Shown here piece by piece: positions 27,964-36,528 of a stretch of 64,000 bases of DNA; the stretch's first letter is position 1, and the number at the start of each line of letters is the position of its first letter. The DNA lies in the IMG/VR virus record IMGVR_UViG_3300017766_005733, positions 1 through 64,000 of that record. One strand, given 5' to 3'. This stretch comes from a virus. Both the position numbers and the translations under genes were made by a program. Under the pieces are notes generated by a model. It saw only the letters and a list, made by a program, of their open reading frames with translations, was not told the DNA's origin and searched no databases.

Positions 27964-29291
27964 AGGACCTCCACGTTGGTGGTGCCGAGTCCGGATTGCG
28001 CCGAGCGATAGACGCGATACGACACGCCATCCACAACGAGATTCGGGTCAGAGAGGATGAAGCCGCCGACGACCTTGCCGACCTCAAAGATCGGCTCGCC
28101 ATAGGCCACGGGGACGACGTACCACAGGAACTGACCGGGGTCGACTACGGCCGTGAAGGAGGTCTGGCGGATGGATGTGGCGCGGAAGGCGAGCGAGCGC
28201 ACCTCGGTCTCGCCTGTGATCTGCGGCGCGGCGCCAAAGAAGACACCGGCAACGGCGCCGGCGGACGCCGGCGTGGGGGTGGCGGCAGCGCCAAAAGTGA
28301 CGCCAAGGCCATCGAGGTCGCCAATCCACAGCAGGTCGTCAAGGGACTGCACGTCGACGTCAACGGGCACACGCGCGCCGCCGATGACGCGAACGCGGCT
28401 GGTGACGGCCATCAGCGACGACTTGATGTCCTTGTTCCACACCTGATGGACGATGCCCGTCAGCTGGATGTAGCGGCTGTAGCCGACCTCGGCCTCAAAG
28501 TTGTTGTCGGCGTCCAGCTGCCCCACCGACATCGAAGAGGCCTGAAAGCCACGGCCCTCCAGATACTTCTCACGGTAACGCGAGAGCGCGTAGCGGACGA
28601 CGCCGTAGAGATAGAGGGCGTGAATGGGCTCGTGGTAGCTGTGACAGCCAATACCATACAGTTCCCGCGAGATTTCACCCTCCAAAGGCATCAAGTGCTT
28701 CAGCGGCGGCCAACGCAGCCGGAGGTCGCGAAGGTCGATGCGCAGCTGCTGGTTGTCGACGCGAACGACGGTCGGCGAAACGACTTCGACGATGGGAAAC
28801 GACTTGCCGTTGCGGGTGAAGAGGATCACGTCCTTGTTGAGGACGCCCTGCGAAGCCACATCATCCGGGATCGTGATGAGGCCCGTCGTCCAATCGAAGG
28901 CGGAGACAGTGAAGGGGCGGGTGAAGAACGGCTGGCCGCCGTCGACGGCCTCGGCGCCTGCCCAGTGGCTGTCACCCAGCGTGTTATAGGCCTCGTCGCT
29001 CTTCTGGATGCTGATGGTGATGAAAGCGCCCTTGCGGACGTTGTCAGGCACGCGGACGTTCGCGAAGACGGGGATCTCGGTGTTCAGAAACCACTGCTTG
29101 GCGAGGGCGATCTGCGTCTCACCGTAGCCGTCGTGGGTGCGCGTCAACTCGTCCTGCGCCAGCGACGACCAGATGTAGTCCAGTTCGTCGGGACGCGCGC
29201 GCAAGTCGGCGATGGCCGCTTCAATGGCCGTGCGGATGATGACGTCGCCTTGGAAGATGCCGACGACCTCTGTAGAGCGGACGTCAGGCAT
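27960..29291 (-). CDS. Probable tail completion/terminator-type structural protein with extra C-terminal domain
   Basis: ATG at 29291 overlaps the upstream TGA; position between neck and fibre/sheath genes. Confidence 0.6.
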   Translation of the reverse strand: MPDVRSTEVVGIFQGDVIIRTAIEAAIADLRARPDELDYIWSSLAQDELTRTHDGYGETQIALAKQWFLNTEIPVFANVRVPDNVRKGAFITISIQKSDEAYNTLGDSHWAGAEAVDGGQPFFTRPFTVSAFDWTTGLITIPDDVASQGVLNKDVILFTRNGKSFPIVEVVSPTVVRVDNQQLRIDLRDLRLRWPPLKHLMPLEGEISRELYGIGCHSYHEPIHALYLYGVVRYALSRYREKYLEGRGFQASSMSVGQLDADNNFEAEVGYSRYIQLTGIVHQVWNKDIKSSLMAVTSRVRVIGGARVPVDVDVQSLDDLLWIGDLDGLGVTFGAAATPTPASAGAVAGVFFGAAPQITGETEVRSLAFRATSIRQTSFTAVVDPGQFLWYVVPVAYGEPIFEVGKVVGGFILSDPNLVVDGVSYRVYRSAQSGLGTTNVEVL

Positions 29292-29839
29292 CAAGCCCCC
29301 TTGGTCGTTTCGAGGCACCAAACGGCTTTGCGCTCCTGCTTCAGCAGGTCGAAGAGGTCCTGAGGCGTGGTGTTCTCCGTGACGACATCACGGAACCCCG
29401 GATACTTCAGCTGCTTCAGCCCCAGCGCAATGGCCTCGGAGCAAAAAAGGGCGCTGGGGCTCGACAACGGATTGCGCCAGCGCTTTCGCAGCCAACGACC
29501 GAGGACGACGACGAGGAAGCCGGCGATGGCCGGGTAGTCGTAGCGATGCCCCAGCCACTGAGCGCAAATACGCAGCAGGCTATCGTAGGTGTCCTGCAGC
29601 GGAATGGCGACAACGCTCAGATCATCGATCGACTGACGGTCGATGACTTTGACGCCGTCAAGACGCGGGCGGAGATTGGTGGGGCGGACGTGGTAGCCAT
29701 CCCAGTCGGCTTCCATCCGCATCCAACCCAGCATCGGGTCTTCCCACAGCAACAGGGCATGGCTGTAGCTTCCCTTGGTGCCCCAACGGATGATCTTGGA
29801 GATCAAAGACTCCGATCGCGTGAAGACAACCCAAAGCAT
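29291..29839 (-). CDS. Permuted papain-like (NlpC/P60, YiiX/YebB-type) enzyme
   Basis: YSHALL (His first), LGHRYDY, FCSE (Cys last) and TPQDL motifs. Confidence 0.8.
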   Translation of the reverse strand: MLWVVFTRSESLISKIIRWGTKGSYSHALLLWEDPMLGWMRMEADWDGYHVRPTNLRPRLDGVKVIDRQSIDDLSVVAIPLQDTYDSLLRICAQWLGHRYDYPAIAGFLVVVLGRWLRKRWRNPLSSPSALFCSEAIALGLKQLKYPGFRDVVTENTTPQDLFDLLKQERKAVWCLETTKGA

Positions 29840-29883
29840 CTAAGAAGCCCTCCGCCGACGGCGCTAGGAAGCGGAGGGAAGAT

Positions 29884-30732
29884 TCAGCGACCGGCAGTCA
29901 ACAGGGCGTCCATCAACTGCGGCAGCGCCTTCTCGGACCACTCCTTCTGCGCCCACTCCGCAGCCTCTTCAAAGAGGTGTTCTGCGGGTAGACCGGGGTG
30001 GAACCAGCGCTTGGTTCCGGCGTGTTTCGACGAAACAATACGAAAAGTCATGACCGAGCGCTTGACTCGTTCGCCGCCCGTGGCGTCCTTCACCTTATGC
30101 TGGTACACTCGGACGCCGCGAAGGAAGGGGATGCCAGTTGGCCCCTGCTTCACCTTTCCCACCGGCCCCCACCCCTGTCCGGGTCCGTTGTGGGTCTTCA
30201 GGGGACCAGAAGAGATGTTGAAAGAGTGCAGCATCCCCAGTTTTGGCTGCCCTGCTTCGTCCTTCTCGACCTTGCCCCACGGGATCTTCCTCTGCGACAT
30301 CTCCTGCTTGATGGTGGAGATCAGAGACTGCTGCGCAGGGGTCGTAGACGCCAACCCCTTGCCGGGGCCATGCGAGAAGGGGATGACACGCCACTTGTGG
30401 CCATCCTTCGACGTGTGGACCTGCCCCTTGCCGCCTCTCGGCGACAACAGGTCTTCGACCATGGAATGAGGCTCCATGCCGTCGTCGATCCAGCGCACAC
30501 TCTTGTCGAGGACAACAACCCATGTGTCGTCGTTCTCTTGAGAAAACGAGAGACCGGACAAGTAGGGCTTGAGGCGCGAGTGAAGACGGGCGTTGGCGCG
30601 CTCGATGATGTGGGCGTGGGTCGCCGCTGCCGTGTCACGCGCCGCCTGTTGCGCCAGCTGCTTGATGGCCTCTGGCGCCAGCGTCTGGCTGATCTGTGTC
30701 AGGATAGAGAAGTCCAGCGTGACATTCAGCAT
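29884..30732 (-). CDS. Neck / head-tail joining protein
   Basis: Start MLNVTLDF at 30732; LHSR..Y, VIPF.H and TFRIVSSK...WFHPG motifs typical of myophage neck proteins. Confidence 0.7.
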   Translation of the reverse strand: MLNVTLDFSILTQISQTLAPEAIKQLAQQAARDTAAATHAHIIERANARLHSRLKPYLSGLSFSQENDDTWVVVLDKSVRWIDDGMEPHSMVEDLLSPRGGKGQVHTSKDGHKWRVIPFSHGPGKGLASTTPAQQSLISTIKQEMSQRKIPWGKVEKDEAGQPKLGMLHSFNISSGPLKTHNGPGQGWGPVGKVKQGPTGIPFLRGVRVYQHKVKDATGGERVKRSVMTFRIVSSKHAGTKRWFHPGLPAEHLFEEAAEWAQKEWSEKALPQLMDALLTAGR

Positions 30733-30733
30733 G

Positions 30734-32569
30734 TCAGTGCCCCGTCGGGTTTCTCGACGACAGCGGGTGGCCTGCATGCCCCAGAATCGGCTTTGCGTTG
30801 CGGTCGGCGACGCCGGTCACCATGCCCGCCCGCGCCTGAATCCACGACACCGACCCGTCGCCATGCTGCACCTTGATCTTACCCACGCGGCGGCGATCGC
30901 TGCCGGGGCCACCCTGCAGCATAGTGCCCGGCGGCAGATTCAGGTGGTGACGCGGGCCGCGAGTCGCCATCTCCTCTTTCTCCATCGGGATCTCATCCTT
31001 CAGGGCATAGGCATATTGCCCGAAGCGACCGTCCATGGGCCCGGAGGGGTTGGCGTGCAACTCTGAGGCCACTGGCTTGTAGTCCATGCCATGCTTCGCC
31101 GCGACCTTGGCATGAGTCGCCGACGCCGAGGTGCTGTGGAGGCCGCCAAAGACGTGAGAGATACCCAACGCATTCTTGCCATGCGCCATCAGTGACTCAT
31201 AGGCCGCGGCGCCGAGCCCCTTACCCGCATGCCCCTTTTCGACCTCAGCGACATCGACCTCCAGCCCCTTCTCGGGGTGGTGGGTAGCGAGGACGCTGCC
31301 AACGGGCTGGCCGTTGTGGTGAATGCGCGCCGCCAGCTGGTCACCGCTCCCCAGAACGTGCAGGGAGTAGCCAGCCGCTCGATGCTCAGGGCTCAGAACG
31401 TGGCTGTAGTCGTGATTGGAGTCCCAGACCGGCGTGGGAGTGGGAATGGGCTTGCCAACCGGCACGTCGGCCAGCTTCTTCTCCAGAGGCATGCAGGCCT
31501 CCAGATCCGAGTAGTAGCTGGGCGATTCCTTGAGGTGGGCGAAGGCGATTTTGGCGATCTCCTTGGCGTCGGTGCTGACGTCGGCGTGCTCGCGCTCGTG
31601 CGTCACGCCCTTCTTCCACTCCTCAAACGGGATCTTGTCGAGATCCACCTTGAGTTCGTCCGCCAGCTGCTGAGCCTCGGCATCCGAGACGCCGTCCATG
31701 ACGTCGACCTCGGACTTCTTGACATCCACCGACGGCATGGCGCGCGCCAAGGCGATGACGCTCTGGATCAGGGCCTCGACCGACGCATAGGCATCGGGAG
31801 CCGCGGCCTTCAGCTGCCCCAGCATCGGCGCCTGCTGCCGGACCTGCTGCAGCACCTCGGCGACCTTCTTCTTTGTCGCCGTCAGATCCTGAGTCGCCTT
31901 GCCCTCACCCTGCTGCTTCTGTTCGTCGGCCTTACCGGCGACCTCGTGCAGGCTGTCGATGAGATCGGCGGCGTGCGTCATCTCGGGTGGCGGCGGGACA
32001 TTGGAGCGATCGAGCGCCTGCGAGCGCGCCGCCTCGCCTTCGCTGTGCTCGCTGGCTTCTTGAGCCGGTGACGCGGGAGCGGCGGCCGGCGGGGAGCGAG
32101 AGAAACCGCCGAAACCGGCATGGGTGCCGGGGTTCTCTGCGATCGCCTTCTTCAGGCCCTTGTCTTCGTTCTCGATCTGGGCGAGACCGGCGTCGATCTC
32201 TTGGCTCCAGAGCACCGGCGCGTCGCGACCCCGCTTCGCCGCATACTCACGAGCCCGCAGCGCTTTCTCGATGCTGGAGCCGATGCCGACGGCCACGGCG
32301 CTTTCCCCCAGCGTCTCCTTGAAGCGCTGGCGCTGGCGCACGACCTGAGGCAGGCCCCGCGGGGGAACGGAGACGACGCCTTCGGTGCCAGAAAGCACAA
32401 CGACGGCGCCGCCAAGGCCCTGAGCCCAGAGCAGCCACGAGTCCTGAGTCGCCTTCTGCACCTGCTGATGCAGACGCTGCAGGCCCTCAGAATGCGAGGC
32501 CGCCACCATCGGCGCCATGCGATGGCCCATGTGGCACTGCCAAGCAACGTACAGCTTCTGCTGGTTCAT
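30734..32569 (-). CDS. Polyprotein: degenerate mCpol/GGDEF-like + DUF5661-like + GNAT + C-terminal module
   Basis: GG.VV.LSGTEG / VGIG motifs; KGVTHEREH...KIAFAHLKESPSYY; HAGKGLG acetyl-CoA loop; linkers GLKKA, DVKKSE, PLEKK, ALKDE. Confidence 0.75.
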   Translation of the reverse strand: MNQQKLYVAWQCHMGHRMAPMVAASHSEGLQRLHQQVQKATQDSWLLWAQGLGGAVVVLSGTEGVVSVPPRGLPQVVRQRQRFKETLGESAVAVGIGSSIEKALRAREYAAKRGRDAPVLWSQEIDAGLAQIENEDKGLKKAIAENPGTHAGFGGFSRSPPAAAPASPAQEASEHSEGEAARSQALDRSNVPPPPEMTHAADLIDSLHEVAGKADEQKQQGEGKATQDLTATKKKVAEVLQQVRQQAPMLGQLKAAAPDAYASVEALIQSVIALARAMPSVDVKKSEVDVMDGVSDAEAQQLADELKVDLDKIPFEEWKKGVTHEREHADVSTDAKEIAKIAFAHLKESPSYYSDLEACMPLEKKLADVPVGKPIPTPTPVWDSNHDYSHVLSPEHRAAGYSLHVLGSGDQLAARIHHNGQPVGSVLATHHPEKGLEVDVAEVEKGHAGKGLGAAAYESLMAHGKNALGISHVFGGLHSTSASATHAKVAAKHGMDYKPVASELHANPSGPMDGRFGQYAYALKDEIPMEKEEMATRGPRHHLNLPPGTMLQGGPGSDRRRVGKIKVQHGDGSVSWIQARAGMVTGVADRNAKPILGHAGHPLSSRNPTGH

Positions 32570-32603
32570 GAAGACCTCTTAGACAACGAAGATTGCGGCG
32601 AGA

Positions 32604-33839
32604 TCAGCGCTTCAGCACCTGATCGGGATGCGTCAAGCCCATCTTCGCGCCAGCCTGATCGACGAGCCCCAAGGCGGTCTCAAGTGGCACCTTCTGGGCC
32701 GAGGGCACGAAGCCTTCGTCAGAGGGCTCAGTGAACTTACCCGTCACCGCGCGATGAACGGCATCGTGCATCACCGTGTTCAGTTCCTTGTGGAAGACTT
32801 CATCGGGGACGTGCAGCCCGATCTGCTCCGACAACTCGCGCTGCTTGTGTGCCGCCAGCCACTCCCAATGCACCGCCCGCTTGGCCTCGCGCATGCTGCG
32901 CTGAACCCCCAGCTTGCCAATGCGTCGGCCCTCGCCGTAGATTTTGTTGAGTTCCGGATACACCAAGGCGTGGGAAAGTTCATGGATCTGACGCCACGCA
33001 TCCGTGTAGTCACGATCACCAAAATCACCACCCGACGACGGCGTGGGGTCGTACACCATCAGGTGCTTCGTGTTGTAGTTGCGGTTGGCGAGGTCGGGTT
33101 TGCCGTACTGGCCACCGGCGTAGTAGGTCTGAAAGCCGTGCTGAGCCACAAGATCACGAACCGCCGGCAGCTTGCCGCGGTAGTCGTAGTGAAACAGGTC
33201 GCTCTTGGTCCCCGGATGAATGTCGCCGTAGGGCTTGGCGTAGTGGGCGTACGTCGAAACGCCGACACCCGCCGCCTGCTCGTTGGCTGGCTTCGGGGGT
33301 GCGTCCATGTGCGGGTGCGCGCCCGGCTTCGGCGGCGCCGGGGGATTGTCGGCCTTCGCCAGCCCCGCCATGTGCATGCGCGTGTGGCCGTCATGCCACT
33401 CGTAGGCGTGGGGGTGCGGGTAGCGTCCCCGCGGGGCCTCTGACTTCGTCAGGGCCTGCTCCTGCGGCAGATGGCCGTCAGCGCCATGGCCACGGAAGCG
33501 ATAGACGCCCTTCTGGGCCTGCAGGCGCTGGGTGACTTCCGGCGGCACGGGGCCAATGGGCTCGATACCCAGAGCCTTGAGGTGCTGCGAGTACAGAGCG
33601 CCGTGGCGCTGGGCCTCTTCGATGGCGCCCGCGGCCTTGGCGGTCTTGGCGCCCATCAGGTGATGGGCGGCGGCGTTCAGGTGCTGGTCACGGACGTACT
33701 CGCCATGGGCCTGCTCTTCGGCGGCCTCGCGCGTCAGGCCGCGGCCGAACTCCAAAACCGCCGCCCGATGATCGAGTTCAGCGGCGTGACCGCCGTCCAT
33801 GATACGACGCCCCTGCCACATCCCATCATTCTTTGCCAT
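32604..33839 (-). CDS. Polyprotein with C-terminal HExxH metallopeptidase-like domain
   Basis: IHELSHAL and a downstream HWEW; linkers ALTKSE and GLAKAD; start probably MAKNDG at 33839. Confidence 0.7.
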   Translation of the reverse strand: MAKNDGMWQGRRIMDGGHAAELDHRAAVLEFGRGLTREAAEEQAHGEYVRDQHLNAAAHHLMGAKTAKAAGAIEEAQRHGALYSQHLKALGIEPIGPVPPEVTQRLQAQKGVYRFRGHGADGHLPQEQALTKSEAPRGRYPHPHAYEWHDGHTRMHMAGLAKADNPPAPPKPGAHPHMDAPPKPANEQAAGVGVSTYAHYAKPYGDIHPGTKSDLFHYDYRGKLPAVRDLVAQHGFQTYYAGGQYGKPDLANRNYNTKHLMVYDPTPSSGGDFGDRDYTDAWRQIHELSHALVYPELNKIYGEGRRIGKLGVQRSMREAKRAVHWEWLAAHKQRELSEQIGLHVPDEVFHKELNTVMHDAVHRAVTGKFTEPSDEGFVPSAQKVPLETALGLVDQAGAKMGLTHPDQVLKR

Positions 33840-35283
33840 GATTTTGTCCCCGATAGACGGTGTCCAAGAAAGCGAAGATGGCGTCTTCCTTCCACTTGCC
33901 GCCAAAGGACAGCAGGTAGCTGGACTCCTTCTTCTCCAACTTCACGTCATTCGCCAGATCCCGGAAGCAGTAGCAGGCCTGAAACAGACCACCAGCCGAC
34001 AGCTGATGACCGTCACAGACGCCGCAGGCCGCCGTCAGCTGCTTCTCAGAGAGACGCAGCGACGGCAGCTTCATGGTAGCCTTGGGGGGCGGCGGCGGCT
34101 TGCGACCGCGCAGCTTCGGCGGCTGCACCTGCTGTCGACTCGGGGCATCGGGCTGAAGGGGGCCGGCCTGCTGCGTGGGTTTGTGCGCGGGCCCCGGCAT
34201 CTCAGCCGAGCCCTTTCCCGCCTTCTCCAGATCCGAGTGCAGCTGGTTGAAGTCGAAGTCGTGGGTGAAGATGCGGCCGTCGGGCAGGATCGTGTAGTAG
34301 TCCTCGGGCTTCTCGGCGTGCCACTTCGTGCCCTGACCCGGATGATGCTTACCGGTGTTCTCGCCGTTGACCATCAGCATCTTGTGATGCAGGCCATCGG
34401 AGTGAATCACGGATTCCTGCCCCAGATCACGAGCCAGCCCCTCGATCATCTTCGGGTTCTTGGGGTTGTAGACGATCAGGGAGTTCTCGGGGCGACCGTA
34501 GCTACCGATGGTGGGGTGAGCGTCTTCGCCGGCGTCGCGCAGGTACTGGACCGCCTGCTGGTTGCTGAGGTCCTTCGTCTTCGGGAAGAGGGGATTCTCG
34601 GCCGACATCAGGGTGTGGGGTGGCAGGGACTGCTCAGCCTTCTGCAGATCGAAGCCGACAAGTGACCGAACGGCATCCACCATCTTCTTTTCAAGAGTGG
34701 GGTAGCGGCGATCGGTCTCCATCGCCTGCAGCGTCAGCGACTTGTGGCCACCGGAAAGCGTCGCCTTGCCAACCTGCTGCCCCAAGCTGTTGACGGCATA
34801 CAGCAGCGTGAGTGGCGCCGGGCCGCTGACGTCGTATTCGTGCTCAAACGTGAACTCAGAGCGCTCAGACGCCATCTTGCGCAACGCCGCATGGGCGACG
34901 CGGGCGCCGACGAGGGCGTCAACGCTCTTTCCAAGGCGATACAGGTCGGCGTCCGACACGACCTCGGGCACGCGGCTGCGATCAAGGCCCATGACGACGC
35001 CAAGGGCCGCGGCGACGTGGAGCAGGGAGGCAGTGTCAAAGGAGTAGTCGACGTCGCCCAGCGTCATCGCGCCATGAAAGCCGGTGTCAGACTTCTGCAG
35101 CACCAGACGTCCGCCGACCCCCGGAATCTCGCCATCGTAGCCATGGCCGGCGAGGGCCAGCCAAGAATATAGGGCTCGTGGCACCATGGCGTTGTCAAGA
35201 TGCGGAAGGCGCTCCGCGGCCTTGCGAAGCGCCTTGGCGCCTTCAGGGCCGACGAGGGCCGTCAGGATCTGGTGTCGATTCAT
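33826..35283 (-). CDS. Polyprotein containing a T3 SAMase-like (SAM lyase) domain and a C-terminal Cys cluster
   Basis: LMSAENP / GSYGRPENS / LARDLGQESVI / YYTILPDGR, bracketed by DLQKAE and DLEKAG; CGVC..CYC at the C-terminus. Confidence 0.7.
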   Translation of the reverse strand: MNRHQILTALVGPEGAKALRKAAERLPHLDNAMVPRALYSWLALAGHGYDGEIPGVGGRLVLQKSDTGFHGAMTLGDVDYSFDTASLLHVAAALGVVMGLDRSRVPEVVSDADLYRLGKSVDALVGARVAHAALRKMASERSEFTFEHEYDVSGPAPLTLLYAVNSLGQQVGKATLSGGHKSLTLQAMETDRRYPTLEKKMVDAVRSLVGFDLQKAEQSLPPHTLMSAENPLFPKTKDLSNQQAVQYLRDAGEDAHPTIGSYGRPENSLIVYNPKNPKMIEGLARDLGQESVIHSDGLHHKMLMVNGENTGKHHPGQGTKWHAEKPEDYYTILPDGRIFTHDFDFNQLHSDLEKAGKGSAEMPGPAHKPTQQAGPLQPDAPSRQQVQPPKLRGRKPPPPPKATMKLPSLRLSEKQLTAACGVCDGHQLSAGGLFQACYCFRDLANDVKLEKKESSYLLSFGGKWKEDAIFAFLDTVYRGQNHGKE

Positions 35284-35289
35284 GCCACA

Positions 35290-36180
35290 CTACCTCGGGC
35301 TGAAGGTCCCCTGCCGAGGGGCAGGAGCCTGTCGGGGATTGGGGGGCGGAGACAGGGCCTCGCCCTGCACCGGAGCCGCCTCCGACTCAAACAGATATTC
35401 CCGTTGAATAGCCAGACTCATAGGCATCCGCTGGACGGCGCTGCTGCCATCCACCATCTCGCCACGCGCCACGCGCACCTCGTGAATGAGATGCGTGACG
35501 TACCAGTAGGGGCGATAGAGGTAGCGAACGGCGCAGACCTGCCCCTTTTCGCCACTGATGGGCGCAAGCGGACGACGACCGCTGCCCCAGACGATGGCAC
35601 CACGATCAATAGCGAAGTCTACGCCAAGGTGGTAGCGGTTGCCGTCGCTGTCCACGAGATCGATGACGAACTCGATGGGGAAGCTGACGCGATCTCGTCC
35701 CGACACCGAGCACTCAAAGAGTTCCCAGTTGGTGACGAAGATGCCGGGCTCCATCAGGTACAGGCGATCGTACTTCGTGGCGTAGAACGGCGTCTGGGTT
35801 TCGTTGTAGAACCGCGGCGTCGTCAGCTGAGCCGAGCCCTCATTGACGAAGCCCGGCGCCACCTGACGATCCGACGACTGGTTGCCAGTGAAGACGGCAG
35901 TGATCTGGCCGCCCAGCGTGTAGATGAAGCCATGGCTGCAGCCAGCGTGATTGTCGTGCGACTTCCGGATGTCGGTGGTCGACGTCATGCCGATGGGGCA
36001 GCGCATAGCGCGATAGTGCAGGAAATGGATGCCATGACCGGAAATCGCGACGTCGAAGGCATCGGTATCGAAAGAAACGAGATCGCGTGGAAAATCCGAT
36101 ACCAGAGCCACCGCCGGAGGCGGCTCAGACAGTACCTGCCCCCCGATCACGGGGTAGATGCTGGGCGTTTCAGCGGCCAT
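35290..36180 (-). CDS. Neck / head-closure protein
   Basis: RAMRCP...C..GFIY motif and VRYLYRP.W; position in the head-tail region. Confidence 0.65.
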   Translation of the reverse strand: MAAETPSIYPVIGGQVLSEPPPAVALVSDFPRDLVSFDTDAFDVAISGHGIHFLHYRAMRCPIGMTSTTDIRKSHDNHAGCSHGFIYTLGGQITAVFTGNQSSDRQVAPGFVNEGSAQLTTPRFYNETQTPFYATKYDRLYLMEPGIFVTNWELFECSVSGRDRVSFPIEFVIDLVDSDGNRYHLGVDFAIDRGAIVWGSGRRPLAPISGEKGQVCAVRYLYRPYWYVTHLIHEVRVARGEMVDGSSAVQRMPMSLAIQREYLFESEAAPVQGEALSPPPNPRQAPAPRQGTFSPR

Positions 36181-36183
36181 GGA

Positions 36184-36495
36184 TCAGTGCCCCTGACGCC
36201 GGCGCACGCTGTCGGTGATCGCCTCCCACTTCGGCAGCAGATGGCGGATGCAGTCCTCTTCCACGAACTCCGACTTGCTGAGTTCCGTCAGCTGGAGCCC
36301 CTTGGCCTTCTTCGTCGCCAGCCAGCGGGCGACGGCCTTGTGGCTGCCGACGCCAAGGGTCTCGGGGCCCTTGGTGCGCGCGGCGAGAACCATGTAGAGG
36401 CCGCCGACGGTCGAAACCTCATAGACGGCGTCGCTGCCGTCCGTGCCGATCTTCTTCTTCGACCGGATCTCGGATGCCGGGATAGTCGCTGTCAT
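36184..36495 (-). CDS. Small probable head protein
   Basis: GGAGG SD, upstream AATCTT box and an ELSKSE motif. Confidence 0.7.
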   Translation of the reverse strand: MTATIPASEIRSKKKIGTDGSDAVYEVSTVGGLYMVLAARTKGPETLGVGSHKAVARWLATKKAKGLQLTELSKSEFVEEDCIRHLLPKWEAITDSVRRRQGH

Positions 36496-36528
36496 GTGAT
36501 CCTCCGGATCGTCGCCCCAAAGATTGCC

